Source: Octopus sinensis (taxonomy: Eukaryota). Taken from it: a stretch of 64,000 nt of DNA. Within the stretch, counting starts at the first letter, position 1. The number at the start of each line of letters is the position of its first letter. The notes beneath the pieces are model-generated. The model made no database searches. It was not told the DNA's origin and was given only the letters and a program-made list of their open reading frames with translations. Below are positions 25,400-40,655 of the stretch, one piece after another. A program made the position numbers and the translations under genes. The stretch spans positions 144,894,001-144,958,000 of the forward strand of contig NC_043000.1 of assembly GCF_006345805.1 (NCBI RefSeq). The letters are read 5' to 3'.

Positions 25400-26190
25400 A
25401 GATAAAAAAAAATCGTGTTGTTTATGAATATGAGTTCTCTCGTGGAACCAATGCATCCCAGACAGCTCGAAACATCAATGTGATGTTTGGTGAAGATGTA
25501 GCGTATGAGCGCACTGTAAGTCGATAGTTTGAGAAATTCTAGTCTAGTGACTCTACTCCTGAAAATTAACTCCGTGGTGGACCTGAGACCAATGTCGATA
25601 ATAATGAGTTGGAATCTGTAGTGGAATCGGATACGTGTCAAACACCCGATGTGTTAGAAACAAAGATTGCTGTTTAGATTCCAATTGTAATAGACGATCT
25701 GAAACAAATCAGCATAGTGAAAAAGCTGCACAAGTAGGAAATACATGAATCGAACGAGTGTCGAATGGCACGTCGTCTTGAAATTTCTTGTTCTTTGCCG
25801 TCAAGACATAAAGGCGATATATTTTTGTATTGTATTTTCTCAACAATATCTTCTCAATAGCAAGTGTTCTGCACGGTATCTGGGTAGAGTCGAAGTGCCA
25901 AAACACAATCCAAGAAAGAATATTCACCAAAACAAGCTAACTGTGTGTGTTTTTTTTTGGTGGTCCAGCGCTGGTGTCATCCTTTAGACCTTCATGGGAC
26001 CTGGTAATGCAATGACAGCGAATGTATACATTAAACAATTAAATGAAATGATGAGTGGATTTGCAATTAAACAACTGTGATTGGTCAACAGAGACAAGCC
26101 AATTCTCTTGTAAGACAATGCTCGACCTGATGTTGCACAAAGAACTATACTACATTACAAAATAGATAACTGCTTTCGCAAATTTATTTC
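25400..26190 (+). mobile_element. Degenerate mariner transposase fragment
   Basis: YEYEFSRGTNASQTARNINVMFGEDVAYERTV..VDNNELESVVE; VKKL; PKHNPRKNIHQNKL..WWSSAGVI; DNARP.VAQRT. Multiple stops. Confidence 0.85.
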
Positions 26191-27486
26191 ATATTTGAAG
26201 TCCACAGAACGGTATATGTTAATATACAAACGTGCGACCACGCTGGCGTTGTATATTATAGCAGACATAGCATTAATCTAATAATCTTCATTACACAATT
26301 CCTATCCCTTTGTCATTTATTTACTTCCTTACCATCGACCGTATGTTAATAATGGTTTCTTCCTAAACACATATGCATTCAGTTATAAGACTGGCTTAGT
26401 GATATGTCTATCCTTAAGCGATCTGCATATATATCTATATCTATATCTCTATATATATATATATATATATATAAACATATATATGTATATATATATATAT
26501 TTGTTTCCAAGCTATGCGGATCTTAATCCGTATAGCAAAGTCTTATGTTTCTACATATATATTAGGAAAAACCTACAAACTTTGTTTTCATGTTATTGTA
26601 TTGCATAGGATTACCTTGATTATTTATATTACCTTGATTATTTATAAATGACCCAAAATAGGATGTTATATTTTATTTTATATGTCTTTCGTATATATTT
26701 TTATTAATGCACCCATTTTTTAAAAGCAATGTTTTTTTAAAAAAAGCAATGTTGTCAAAATTAGAATGTTTATATAAGTATCTGTATAGGAAAGCATATG
26801 TATTTGTAAGCATGCATATCTGTGTATGTGTAAGTGAAAGTATGTTTGTGCTTAAGCACACATATACACGACTGTATGTATATGTATCCATTCAAACTTG
26901 TGTATGTATACTGGTCTCTATATATGCCAATAATACCGTTACACTGCTTGTATACATAATTTTTTCTTATTTCGTTTTTTCCCCACCCCTCCTTCGTTCC
27001 TTTTTCTCTCTCTCCCTTTCTTTCGTTCCCCCTCCTTGCTCAGTATATGAGAATTGCTACATAGATGAATTTTAGCTTGCGTGTGAGACGGTTTGCGTGA
27101 ATATATGTACACATGCTTTTATGTGTATATTTAGATTTATATTCATACGTCTGTATATGTATGTATGGCGTTTACGCGCATCCTTTTGTGTATGTTGATA
27201 TATATATGTAGATTTTAATATAAATATGTATTGCAGTATTTATAACAGGTTTAATTTCTATGCATTAATTTGCACTGTCTTCATTAACGTCAATAGGTTT
27301 TTTCCTCGGATTTTATAATTTTTATAAGTTTTTTATATATATATACATATATTTTTGACCTTTTTGTTTATCGCTCGAAGATTGACCGTTTTTTCTAAAG
27401 GGCCAATCAAACAAGTCCATTTCTTTTTAAAGGTGTAGCGTTTGTAAGAGTATAGATTGAATTGATATATCAGTTCCATTCTAGCA

Positions 27487-27533
27487 AAAACTGTCTGATG
27501 AACAGCAACGAGAAACTCAGAGTAACAGATTTT
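27487..27533 (+). ncRNA. Minimal hammerhead motif with weak stem II
   Basis: aaaactgt CTGATGA acagcaacga GAAAC tcaga GTA acagatttt; stem III ACTC-A-GAGT, GUA site. Confidence 0.6.
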
Positions 27534-27768
27534 GTTGAATTTTCTGCTGCTTAAAATAAAGCATCTTACTCTACCACTGGTATTTGAGTACTCTTTTTTT
27601 CCACCTTGTTTCACATTTATGTGTTTACTCCGGTATATATATATATATACATATATGCATACTTACAGAGAAAATCAGATTTAGGATATATATATATATA
27701 TGTATGTATATATATGTATATGTATATATATGTATATATATGTATATGTATATATGTATATATGTATA

Positions 27769-27817
<49 letters not shown>

Positions 27818-27865
27818 AAAAAATTCAATGTAGAAAATTCTAAAATAACTTTATAAGAAAAACAT

Positions 27866-27905
27866 TTCTGTACCGATTCCAGTCATTGAGACATTTTCAA
27901 CTGTA
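27866..27905 (-). pseudogene. Relic of the 15046-type hammerhead
   Basis: cag TTGAAAA t-gtc-tcaat-gac-t GGAATC g GTA cag; same layout, but GAAA and stem I are broken. Confidence 0.4.
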
Positions 27906-28067
27906 TGGAAAACAATTAAATTTTGGCAAAACTGAAAGAAATATCCTTTAAAAAGAATATTTGCATAATATTCAGATACAAGGGGCATTTTCCTTGTTTC
28001 TGTCTGTCTTGTCTCTGTTGTTTACTATTGTGGGTTCGAGGTTGTTGTGAATTCTTGGCAGAGATGA

Positions 28068-28290
28068 AGAAGAGGAAAAAGAAGAAGAAGAAGAAGTAGA
28101 AGAAGAAGAAGAAGAAGAAGAAGAAGAAGAAGAAAAAAGAAGAAGAAAAGGAAGAATGGGAGGAGGAGGAGGAGGAGGAGGGGAGGAGTGGGAGGAGGAG
28201 AGGAGGGGAAGAGGATGGGGGAGAAGGGAGGGAGAGGAGGCGATGAGAGAGGGGCGGGAGAAAGAGAGGAGGAGGATGGGAGGAGGAGAA
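28068..28290. repeat. (GAA)n/(GGA)n purine tract
   Basis: Direct reading; source of three low-complexity minus-strand ORFs. Confidence 0.95.
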
Positions 28291-28528
28291 GGCATAGAAT
28301 GTGGGAGTGGCATGATTGTAGTACCCTGAAATTGACGTGTTGTGAGTGGTAATAGTGACTAAATTCTTGAGACATCTCTTCTGAATGTAGTGTTTATAAT
28401 ATTTGCGTAGCAATAGTAGTAAGTTAAGGAAGAAGGTAGCCGAAGGAAGAAGCATTTTCTACTTTGACTTTTTTCGTGTTTCTTTTCAACCTCCTATATA
28501 CCTACATATACGTATATATATATATATA

Positions 28529-28571
<43 letters not shown>

Positions 28572-30223
28572 ATATATACATATATATGCGCACATGTATT
28601 TATACATATAAACATATATGTATACTCAAACATATGTGTATATATATATGTATGTATGTATGTATAAATATATATATATATACACACATACATACAGACG
28701 TTATTATATATAGGCGGCCTTTCATATTTTGGTGAAAACATTTTTCTGTGAATGATCCCATTGTTTGAAATTATATATAACAATAGATTTAAATGCATAA
28801 TTCAGAGGGGCTCTTGGTTTACGTATGAAATTAATAAATGTACAATGAGATGGAGTCATTTCTGTAGTATATATTATATAATATTTTTTAGAAATTTAAT
28901 TAACCACCATCTTAGTCCAAGATATTAATTTTTTCAGTAAAATGCGGTTATATTGTTCCAATATATTTAAATAAATTCCAAAGTATTTCATTTCTTCCAT
29001 CATTTGTTTATGTATCCTATTTCTACTTTAATTTTACAGCTTTCTTTATTTTTACTTCGACCATCTATTGCTTATAACAATATAGCCGTGCTATCTGATA
29101 ATGATATATTTAAATGTCTTTTAAAATGCAACACAATAAACTGGTAGCTGCAATTGTCTTGCTGCGTTAATTGTGACGTTTTTATTGTAAATTTGCCTGT
29201 ATGTCGTTGTCTGAACATGCCAATGCGTACGACACTCGTCTGCGTTTGGATACTTCTTGTCTTTGCTTCTATGTGTGTTTGTGTGCGTTTGACAGTATAT
29301 AGAAATGAGAATGCGTATCGGTGAACGAAGTTACAAATTATTTGCTTTAACGCTTCTGTATCTTTATGGAAAATATCAATTTCAAAATAAAATAAAATTA
29401 AATTGATACAGTGAGAAAATTATATTAAAAATTGATACAAGAAACCAATAACGCTTTTGCACAAACCCGAGTACTGGCACGTATATATGGGCATATATTT
29501 ATATGTGTATACAAATAAACACACTCACATACATTCAAACATAAGCAACACTTCCAGACTCACATACACGTACACATATATTCACACAAATGCATATATA
29601 TATGTGTGTGTGTATGGATATATAGGTGAGTGCCTGTGCGCTCCTGTGTTTGTGTATGCGTGAATGTATGTATATGTATGAATATATCTATATTGATGTG
29701 TATGAAAGTTATGTGCACATCATTAAAAAAATGTTACGAAATTAGTTTCATTCTCTTATTACAATGAATCTAGTAGTCAATGGGAAATTTAATGAATGCA
29801 TAACTGACATGGTCGGCGTTATTAGCCTATTGTTGGCGAATAGTGAATTAGGTTTGGTTAAATAATATAATAGTATTCCCTCAGAGAGAAACAGCCAAAA
29901 CGCATACACAGTTTGAGTGATAACTCAACAATGAAGCCAATAACACTCTGAATTAGGAAGTCTATGAAAAGATTAGAATTTCCAACAAAAACAAAAATGC
30001 CAAGTCTCAAAGATGAATGACATTCGGAGATCACCACTTGCCAGATGAATTCTTCACACGTCTCTTTTGTCTTAAATACTAAAGCATTGATTTCACAAAA
30101 TGTCCTGCAAAGAAGATAGCAATCGCTACAGAAATATTGTCAAGATTCGTTTCGTATTATGTTATTTAGCATAACTCTCAAAATTTTGAAAAAAAAACAT
30201 GTCATGTGCACAACTCGCTCATG

Positions 30224-30490
30224 TACACAGACGTGGCTGAGTGGTACGAAACTTGCTTCTCAACAATATGGTTCCGAGTTTAGTCCAACTGCGTGGCAAC
30301 TTCGGGAAGTGTTTTCATTTTTTATCCTAGGGTCGACCAAAGTCTTCTGAGTGGATTTGGTATACGGAAACTGAATAAAGACCGTCGTATACATGTATGT
30401 GTGTGTGCCTTTCTGTCTTTGTTTTCCCCTCCACTGTTTCACAACCGGTGTGGGTGTGATTACGTCCCTGTAACTTAGCAATTCGGCAAA
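30224..30490 (+). mobile_element. SINE family 1, 3' truncated
   Basis: GTGGCTGAGTGGT..GAGTGGATTTGGTATACGGAAACTGAA..CCTGTAACTTAGCAATTCGGCAAA. Confidence 0.8.
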
Positions 30491-30497
30491 TAGTTCG

Positions 30498-31170
30498 TTA
30501 CAGACTACGAGCAATTTAACTGGTCCATCGGTCCAGTGCCCTACGATGGAGACACTGTTGGACGGTATAGGTTTGCTTCTCCAGGCGCCGAGCCGCAAGC
30601 CCACTGACTTTTCCTGGTTAATTTTGGCTCCCGTTACCGCTTTTTATTCTTTTAGTATCTCGCTGACCAAGTCGGTATGCCTGTGGCTCAACACTATGAC
30701 GATGACGTCGTCCGCGTATGCAGACACGCTTCTCCCGCATCCTAACTGTTGCGGGATGCCCTTCAGCGTCGCCAGCATCCGCAGTAGTGGCTCAATAGTC
30801 AATACGTACAGAAGTGACGAGAGGCGGTGTCTTTGACGAACCGAACTCCCGATATTAAATGGTCTGGACAGATGACCATTTACGCGAACTACCGATCAGA
30901 TGCCGCTCTATAAGGCAGCGATCCAACCGTGGACCGAAGTCAACCACTCTAAGGACAGCCTGCAAGTAGTGATGGTCTGTCCTATCGAAAGCATTTGATT
31001 GATCCATATTGATCAACGCACCACCCATGCCAGGTTACTTAATTACCCTGTCTATGGTGTAGCGCATCAGACGGGGTTATCATGGACACTCCTACCCGAC
31101 ACGGCGCACGTTTGCGTCTAGTGGACCATTTTCTCGATGACAGGCGCCAACCTCTCGGCTAACACCTCGG
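30498..31170 (-). mobile_element. Internal RT fragment of a Tx1/L1 LINE
   Basis: AEVLAERLAPVIEKMVH*TQTCAVSGR, DQSNAFDRTDHHYL, VSAYADDV, GLRLGAWRSKP..VGHWTDGPVKLL; homologous to 44201..45133. Confidence 0.9.
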
Positions 31171-31656
31171 CCGCAAATAATACACATGTATATGCACTAA
31201 TATTTCTTAAGATTCTGTGCAATAACTTCTCTTTATTTCGTGCCGCACAAAATACTTTAAAAGAGCTATTTCTTTTGATTGAGAGACACATACGGATATA
31301 CATAAATATGTTTAATGTGAATGGATCATTAATATACACTGGTTGACAGATATATTATCCTTCCTGTGTAGCTGTTGAAATAGTGCATGTCACGAGAATT
31401 GATCACTGTATACTCTAACACTGAAAACGAAAGCAACAAAAATGTCCCCGACTGGAAATGGTATCATCTGACTCTACACTACAAGCCTAGATGCAATGTG
31501 TCCTAAATAATCTGAATCACGCTGTCATGCTGGAGCAAGCATGAATAAGATTGTACAATCAGATAAAATAATGAAAACCACAAACAAATAATTATAACTT
31601 AGGTATTAAAGAGAATATTGGCAAAATATTTGAAAATACAATTTTAGCGAGCCATA

Positions 31657-32047
31657 GGCGCAGGAGTGGCTGTGTGGTAAGTAGCTTGCTAACCAACCAC
31701 ATGGTTCCGGGTTCAGTCCCACTGCGTGGCATCTTGGGCAAGTGTCTTCTGCTATAGCCCCGGGCCGACCAATGCCTTGTGAGTGGATTTGGTAGACGGA
31801 AACTGAAAGAAGCCTGTCGTATATATGTATATATATATATGTGTGTGTTTGTGTGTCTGTGTTTGTCCCCCTAGCATTGCTTGACAACCGATGCTGGTGT
31901 GTTTACGTCGCCGTAACTTAGCGGTTCGGCAAAAGAGACCGATAGAATAAGTACTGGGCTTACAAAGAATAAGTCCCGGGGTCGATTTGCTCGACTAAAG
32001 GTGGTGCTCCAGCATGGCCGCAGTCAAATAACTGAAACAAGTAAAAA
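31657..32047 (+). mobile_element. SINE family 1, full length, well preserved
   Basis: A box TGGCTGTGTGG, B box GGTTCAGTCC, internal (TA)/(TG), tail ACTGAAACAAGTAAAA. Confidence 0.92.
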
Positions 32048-33691
32048 ATTACGTTCTATCAGACATGCTGAGCCTCTGTATCGCTCTTTCAACTTGAACG
32101 TCTGTCATTTGCATATAGTTAAATTGATACACACCAAAACTGAATTTTTGTCCCTTGTAAAATCAAAAACAACTTATTTAGGGCCCTAAGTATTCCAACT
32201 TACAAGCAACCATGACCATGATTGTCGCTCAAAAAACTTCTTAATGTTGGACCACACGTTTGTTAGTTAGATAACTGTTTTAGCCTCACCTTCCCTTCAG
32301 AATGACTGAGTTCTTATATCCCCTTTATCAGCTATTTCCACCTAAGAATACCGTCCCACTTATCGACAGTTAGTACACTATATTTTCTATCTTAGTCCTG
32401 TTCAAATCATACACATAAATGCAACATAATACCAATAACAGAACTACATATAGAAAGCGTACACAGAAACATATTTTACGCTATATACATATTGAATCGC
32501 ATTCACACACATAAATCATACATAAATACAAGCATCACTGCTCACGCACATTCGCAGAGTTCACACAGACACTTATATTTAATCTATCGTGTATTCAGAA
32601 AGAGTACACGCACATACGCAGTTTACAAATAACTACTTACACACAATTCAGAAACATACATTAGCAGCTATTCATTTGCTCACTTCTCTATAAACAACAT
32701 ACAGACGTACACACCACCCTATATTAAATTTCAACGCGTCACCCGCTATCATATAAAGGCTCTCAGTCTTAATCGAACTTCGATCATACTGCTCCCACGC
32801 TATGTTCTTCATTCATTCACTTTCCTTCCCTCTTTCTCTTTTTCGACACCGCTCATCAAATTCAAAACGAGCGATTTTACTAAAATATTCCTGATTTTAA
32901 TATTCGGTTCTGCTCGATGTAAAAGAATAACATTTTAACAAAAGTAGTGTATTTATTTATTTGTATGGATACATTTGCATACTTTGATATTCAGTTTACA
33001 TTTGAACCCACAGGAAGGTAGAGAAGTCGTGTGCGCATTAAAGATACTTAATCTATAGAGAACACGTACATATAAAGAATCACATCGCCTACGCTGACTG
33101 TCATATACATACACCCAGAATTAAAGGTACAAGTCACGCACACGAGTATACACATGTACACTCGTATTCTTTTTTCATATTCGTCCACACGCACACACGC
33201 ACACAGAGACACGCACATATGAAAGCACACACACAAACATACACACTCACATATACTTACACACAGGTACGCGTTGCATTTTGACTTTTTCCTTAAATGT
33301 CACAAAGAACCGCTCCATTTGCACATTCAGCACTTTCAAATATTCCCTTGAAAAGCGACTCTGCAAGCACGTTCACTATTATAAGCAACCAGAATACCCT
33401 TTCAACAGGCAACAATGCTGCCGAAAATCATTTTTCTTTTAATTCTTACTTCCACTATATTTAACACCTCTTCTCTTCCCACGCATAGTACTAATGCCAG
33501 GCATATTAGTAATACCAGGCCTTCTCACTAAACCTTTAAATCTTTCATCACCTTGTATTCTTCCTGCGTTGTGTACATTAAGAGATTTGAATATTTTACC
33601 TAACATTAGATACATGGACACATACACACACACGCTCACTCACACATAAAACACACACATATAGTCACACATACACATATACGTATATGTG

Positions 33692-33732
<41 letters not shown>

Positions 33733-34077
33733 AACATGTGTAAGATATATAAATGTGTGTGTGTATAAGTGTGCGTATGTATGTATATATGTATATTTGT
33801 GCATGTGCACTAGTATGCATATGTATATATATCATTTCTCCACCTTTGACTGTGTTTATGTGTGTGCGGACACATGTGTAAATATATATAATGATAGGCA
33901 GATAGATGTATACATGTATATTTTGATATATGCGTATGTATATATGTGTGTAGATACACACACACACACATTTGTGGATGAAAGTTAGCAGAATATTTGC
34001 AAATATCGATCACAAACTTAGACATACATACATGTATGTATATTGTATGCATGGTTATATATATATATGTATATGTG

Positions 34078-34183
<106 letters not shown>

Positions 34184-36030
34184 GTATGTATATGTATATG
34201 CACATACATACATACATATACGTGTGTGAGTATGTGTGTGTAAGAGTGTGTGAGTGATCATGTGCGTATGTGTGTCCTTTGCTATGAAACTATACCCACA
34301 AACTTTGCACAAATTATTTGTCACTTTTGCATATTTTCGAGGGATATTTTACCTAATTTTCATTGACATACTACATATTATTTCGTTTTATGATTACTCC
34401 ATGCTTCTTATCGAAAAAACCTTTTCCTATGGGTTTTTCTGGTGATTAGTCTTCTAAAATTTTCCTTTAATCTCTGCTTATTTGTCGTAAACTATGTTAC
34501 TCTCGTGAGAAATTTTACTACTGTTAATAATACGAGGCTTGCCACCATTTCATTAGATATTGTGGGGTATGTCAATCACATTATCAATGTACTGATATTT
34601 GTATATTTTGTTTATTTTTATCAGTTGTTGATTTGTTTTGGCAAATGGTGATACGTAAAATCTACAGTACATTGTATAGTCTATAATGCTGTTATGCTTT
34701 TGTGTTCGTTGCTTGCATACATTAATAATAGAGTTTCAATCTATATTTTACAATTATTTTCTTTTTATTCCTGTTTGTGTCACCAATGTCAGATAAAATT
34801 AACAGTGTAGAAATTGTTTATATTAATTCTCATTAGATATATTTCTCCCACATACATTTTTTTGTCTTTGTATCGATTATTTGCACTGAGATATACTTTT
34901 CAAATATTCGATTGAGTTCCATCACGTATTATGATTGCTCACAGAAACGTTTGATGCATTTCACTGAATGTGTGTTCTTTATACTTTTGAAAATATCACG
35001 AATCTCTTTGTACTTTACTTCTTAGAGAATAAATATATATTTACCTACATCTCAATTTCCATTAGCTTATGTGAATTGATCTCTTCAGTTATGGTCATTG
35101 CTTCATCAATACTGTTTATTGAATAAACAGAGTTCTTTTTTATTTTTCACATTCTTCATTTTAGCGGAATCTCCACATTGTTTTGAAATACGTCCAATAG
35201 AGATAATGGGCATTTTTATGTATATTTTAAGACGATGTTACACTAATATATGTCGAAATATTTTAGCCTCTATATGTGTATACAACACAGCCACTTTAAA
35301 TAATCTATATCGAGTGTATTTAATGGATCTATTAATAATTTGCTTAATCTTAAACCAAACTCAGCCTTTCCAGGTTCTTCAATTCTTATTTCAGGATTTT
35401 CTTCACAGGGAATTCATTGGAAAAAGCGAATATGAATTTTCATTCATTTTATAAAATTTGATCCTTTATGACTGCAAGTATATTATTTAATTCGGTTCAG
35501 AGGATCATAAAAATCATTTGAAGTATGCAGTTAATTATCTCTATCCCCTTACACACACACGAGCGCGCTCACACGTCTGGTACTCGAAAGGGTAAGACCA
35601 AAAGCGCTCCAGTTCATTCAAACAGCGGAACAGCCTACTCGTGAAATTAATGTGCTCAGGATAAACACTCCACACACACGTGTAGTTTTCTGAGATATTC
35701 AGCATGACCAGAATGTGACAAGGCCGGCCGTTTGAATTATGATTAAAGTTCATTTTTGTCAGGTGATTACAGTGGAGCAATATGAAATAAAGTGTCTTGC
35801 AAAATCGAACTCCGAATCCTCGGAAGATAAGCGGATAACATAACCATTAAGCAATGCCCCTTCACCATGTACACACTTGAATATGTTTCTCTCTCTCTCT
35901 CTTGAAGAAAACGGCATTCGTTGGATCTGGAACGAGAGGGGTGTCATTAGATTTAGATAACCGTAACACGTAGCATGTCAGTATGCCCAGGATTATTATA
36001 AAGAGATCAAACTAAAAAAAAAGCTTAAGC

Positions 36031-36420
36031 CAGTGGTTCCCAACCTGGGGTCCGCGGAAGCCTTGTGGTCCGCAAAGATCGCACTGGATGTCCGTGAACT
36101 AAACCCAGAATTTAAAAAAATTAGTACCCACTCGCTTCAACTATCAGTTAATAGCAGAGCTATCACTATAAAAAGACATTCACTAGCACAATGCCCATAG
36201 TAATAGAGATAACAAGACACAGTATTACCATGAAGCTTTTTCTAAACAATGTACACATAAACTTACTAAATAAATTATATGACTATAATTGTTCTCGTAC
36301 AGAGAATAACTGAATATTTACTCCTTTATCAACAGTGACGTTTGAAAAACTTTTTTTCTTAATTTATCATTGAACGCAGCCTCAACATCAGCCACCAATG
36401 TCACCAGTAGACACTTATCG
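36031..36420. mobile_element. Probable hAT (Charlie-like) transposon end
   Basis: CAGTGGTTCCCAACCTGGGGTCCG resembles hAT TIRs; no partner TIR found. Confidence 0.4.
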
Positions 36421-37528
36421 ACATTACCACTTCCGCTTTTAGGTTTTTCCGCAGGTGCAAATTCAATGAAATTCAACACGCATAACACTTGCCTATCTAC
36501 ACTCACGATCTTTGCAATATACGTACGTTTTTTTTCCTTCATTTATCAGTCTATCAACATAAGCATCTTAAAAGTTTGCTGTGATAATCTTTCTAATTGT
36601 TACACTTTAATTTTAATCTTTAAGTTTTAATTTTAGATATATTCCCTTAAGTTAGGTAGCTATTTCTAGAATTTTAGCTCCCCTTACTGACCACTGAACT
36701 AAATTTAAATATTCTTTCTGACCAGGCAGAACCTAGAATCCATCTATTTAATTAAACTTTAATATCCATAAATGCTTTCGTCCTCCAGTTTACCAAAAGG
36801 TTAACCCCTGACATCACATCCCGAGTCTACCCTGACGCAGGCCTCTATATCTTACCTTTATATGTGCGTGTGCAGGGCTCTTCATATTATCTTTATTTCA
36901 ATTTTTAAAAATTTATCTTTAATTTCGATCACTTTCTTTCCAGTAACTTCCTTTGCAGCAACCTTTCCTTTCTTTCACTCACAACCTCTTTCTCTCTGAT
37001 CTCTCTGTCTATCATGATGTCTGTCTCTTTCATACTATACACCCACGTGGACCATTTTCCTAAAAGTATCTCTTCTTTCAATCTGAACGAACCATTCAAA
37101 ATACTACTTGGGTTTACCTGGTATTATACTTAACTATATATATTTTCATGGACGTACGGACCAACCATCATACCCTCTGGAAAAGGATCAGCTGCGAACA
37201 TTATTCTCTTGTCTTTGTTCTTCCATCTATTGCTTTATTCTTTAATAAAATATAAATTCTCTGTCTGAAACTTTCCTACTTACACAACTTGTCTAGGATG
37301 ACGACATATCCAGTATATTGTGATACTGATCCATCACCTGGGAATTTAGAGAAAGAGCATTAATTACTTCTACTTCTCCATTTTCGATTCACCATACTCT
37401 TATTAAACACTCTAAACGACCCGAGATACTCCTCCTTCCTTAGTTTGTTACGCATTTTCTTTTCAGATGTATATGTATATATATGTGCGTGCGTGTGTGA
37501 GTGAGTACGTATGTATATATAGGTGATG

Positions 37529-37617
<89 letters not shown>

Positions 37618-38015
37618 CAGATAGATTGATAGATAGATAGAGAGATAGGTAGATAGATAGATAGATGGATACATAAGTTCAGCAAAAATGTTGATTCAGA
37701 TGAATATGGTACTTAAGTTCAGGCACCAGAATTTAGTACGGTATTATTTCAAAATAGGGTGATTAAACTCAAAATAATCAGAAGTGAAGTCCGCATGTTC
37801 TTTGTCTATCTCCTTACCGTGTTGGAGATTTTAGGTAAAAATTATACTAACGTGTCCATCTGTTTTAATTTAATTAAATGCTATGACTTTATGCAGCTGA
37901 AGATTGCGCTGCATTTAGATTGATGCAATGATTGCATTCCTCAATCTTGATACGATCGCACTGCATTACCTCTGGATATCTTTGTTGCTTATTTTGATTT
38001 TATATATATAGATAT

Positions 38016-38050
<35 letters not shown>

Positions 38051-38138
38051 CATGCATATATATACATGCATATATATACACACACACACACGCACACATA
38101 TATATATATGTATGTGTGTGTGTATATATGCATGTATG

Positions 38139-38234
<96 letters not shown>

Positions 38235-38934
38235 TATAATATTCATATGGGAATATAATGCGGAAAAATGAGCAACTCACAGCTGCTATCAATAGAGAAA
38301 CAATTTTTGAGATGTGGGAAAAAAGGCTTCAGCATCCATGTTGTTTGCTGTTCCCTTTTTGAATTTGTATATGAATTCCGCGGACATTAACGGATACCCA
38401 CATCTATATTCTTTAAAAGGAGTAATCCTGCTTTATTATGGCACATGGTAGCCGATAATTGTGTCTCCAAATGTTAGCTATTTAATGTGTAGGGGATTTG
38501 AAATGCATGTTATGAGATTATATTATATTATCCTAAATTACTAGCTAACTTACTGCACGTTGTTTTGCAAGAAGATTCACCACTGTGATATTAGCAAATA
38601 TATATATATTAAAACATAGTATCCTAAATTACTAGCTAACTTACTACTCTAATCGCATATATATGGAGATATAACAATAAATTCGTTCATATATGAAATG
38701 TTTTAAATGAGAAAGATTAACGAATTGAATGAATTTCCTATTTTATATTATGCACATCTGAAACGTAGGTATTCATTAACTTGAAACTAATAACTATTTT
38801 GATTTACTTATTTTGCATATACTACGACCAGTTAAAATAAACCGGTCTTGACCCCAATTATGTGAATACCCTAACCATTCAGCGTAGTTTGTTGTTTGAG
38901 CCTCAAGACGAAAATTCCACTATCATGCATCATA

Positions 38935-38972
<38 letters not shown>

Positions 38973-40121
38973 TATATGATGTATATGAAGCTAATTTCCT
39001 TTAGAACATGACGTATTGTATTTAGTGTCACTTACAATCAGCACATGATTTCTTTGTTGTGTGATCAAATGTAAGTGATGTAAATCAGATCACACCCTCC
39101 ATTAACTCAACGTTGCCTGAAGTGTGTTTCTAAAGAGCACAACGTACTGCCCAGTCAGGAAAATGATACATACATATTTAGCGTAGATATATATATTCGT
39201 GTAAATACATGTTGAATGTGTTTATGCAGAGTGGGTCGAGAGAAGAGATTCCGCTACAGAAAATATCTCCATAGATATAAACGGAAACATATATAGGGTT
39301 GTGAATGACCTTGTAGATGCTTAAGATGCTTACGCTTTTGCGTTCTGTCATTCGGTCAATCACGTATCTATCATTCATACTCCGACAAGAATGAGACCAG
39401 TCTTACTAGAACAGCCAATGTTATACACCAGAATGTATGTAACGCTTGATCAAGCTACGATTTTGCGCGATGAGTCGTTGAGTAAGATACATTCGTGTAA
39501 ATTCATACTTCATTGAACGCTGTTTCCTACGATTTTGTTTCATTGTAACTTAAACAGTTTTTTTCGCAATTCAGCATACGTACTGCTTTCACTTACGTTG
39601 TGCATTAAATAAGTATGCTCTAAATAAGTGATATTCGTAGTTGACGAAACAAAGGCACGTAGAAGCGCCTGTGTCATTTCATTCGCTGATATCCTTTACA
39701 TCTTTATATGCATTCTCACGCATTCCTAAATGGAAAACACTCTCGCGAAAAATAACTGGAGGGAAATAACTCACCCTATATATTCGAACTTGCTAATATC
39801 TTGTCACTGATCACAGGTTTACGCGTTGTTTTGCAACAAAATTCACCACTGTGATATTAGCAAAGTTTAGTTTACAGTATTAAACGAAATAGGGAATATA
39901 TATATATATATTATATATATATATATATTATATATAATTTATAAAAAATATGTAAAGTAAAAAAATTCACTTTACCACACACCGAACTTTTCAGAAATAG
40001 CAGCCAAAAATTTGGCTATTTCTTCAACTGCAAATAAAAGTCTCCAGACAATGCATACTAAGAAAATAACTCACATAGGTATAAGGGAAAAACAATGAAA
40101 GATCACATCCATATACGATAC

Positions 40122-40181
40122 CCGAGGACAGTCTGTTTCTGGATTTGTGGGTAAAACGCCACTTTTCCTTCATCAGCTCAG
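40122..40181 (-). ncRNA. Type I hammerhead motif (family A, intact core)
   Basis: ctgag CTGATGA a-gga..gtgg..ccac..tcc-a GAAAC agact GTC ctcgg; stem III ACAG-A-CTGT, GUC site. Confidence 0.75.
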
Positions 40182-40593
40182 AGATTTAGTGAAGAAATAG
40201 CCAAATTTTTGGCTGCTATTTCTGAAAAGTTCGGTGTGTGGTAAAGTGAATTTTTTTACTTTACCATATTTTTATAAATTAATACTTCAAATATACCGTA
40301 AATGGTCTTTACATACCGAATACTGCTTGGTCGAATTTATTAACAATTAATTAATTCTACCCCTTTTTTTGATGGACAATATAATGCTTTAATTCCAAGA
40401 ATTTGAACTGCAGTTTTAACTCTGTAGAAATGTAATGCTCTAGACTCACGTGGGTGGACAGGGAGAATAATAGATCTCATTCGTATTTTTGGATTCGCTA
40501 GTACTGGGGTTGGCCTGGTTTGTCGATGTTACAGATATCGGACGGGTATGTTAGATTCTTAGTATTTTCAAATCTAAATCAGAGAAGAAATCT

Positions 40594-40655
40594 CTGAGCT
40601 GATGAAGGAAAAGTGGCGTTTTACCCACAAATCCAGAAAAACAGACTGTCCTCGG
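40594..40655 (+). ncRNA. Family A hammerhead with GAAAAAC in place of GAAAC
   Basis: Same motif with 2 extra A in a homopolymer, possibly a sequencing error. Third copy 46559-46619 has CTGAAGGA and CAAAC defects. Confidence 0.6.

Noticed and set aside
36640-37450. Possible decayed L1-type RT on the minus strand (KFPGDG, GLRQG)
   Set aside because: Two short motifs only; could be chance.
38529-39865. Short direct repeats (about 26 and 45 bp) and a 14-bp-arm inverted repeat at 39786-39865
   Set aside because: Too short to assign; probably decayed small repeat fragments.
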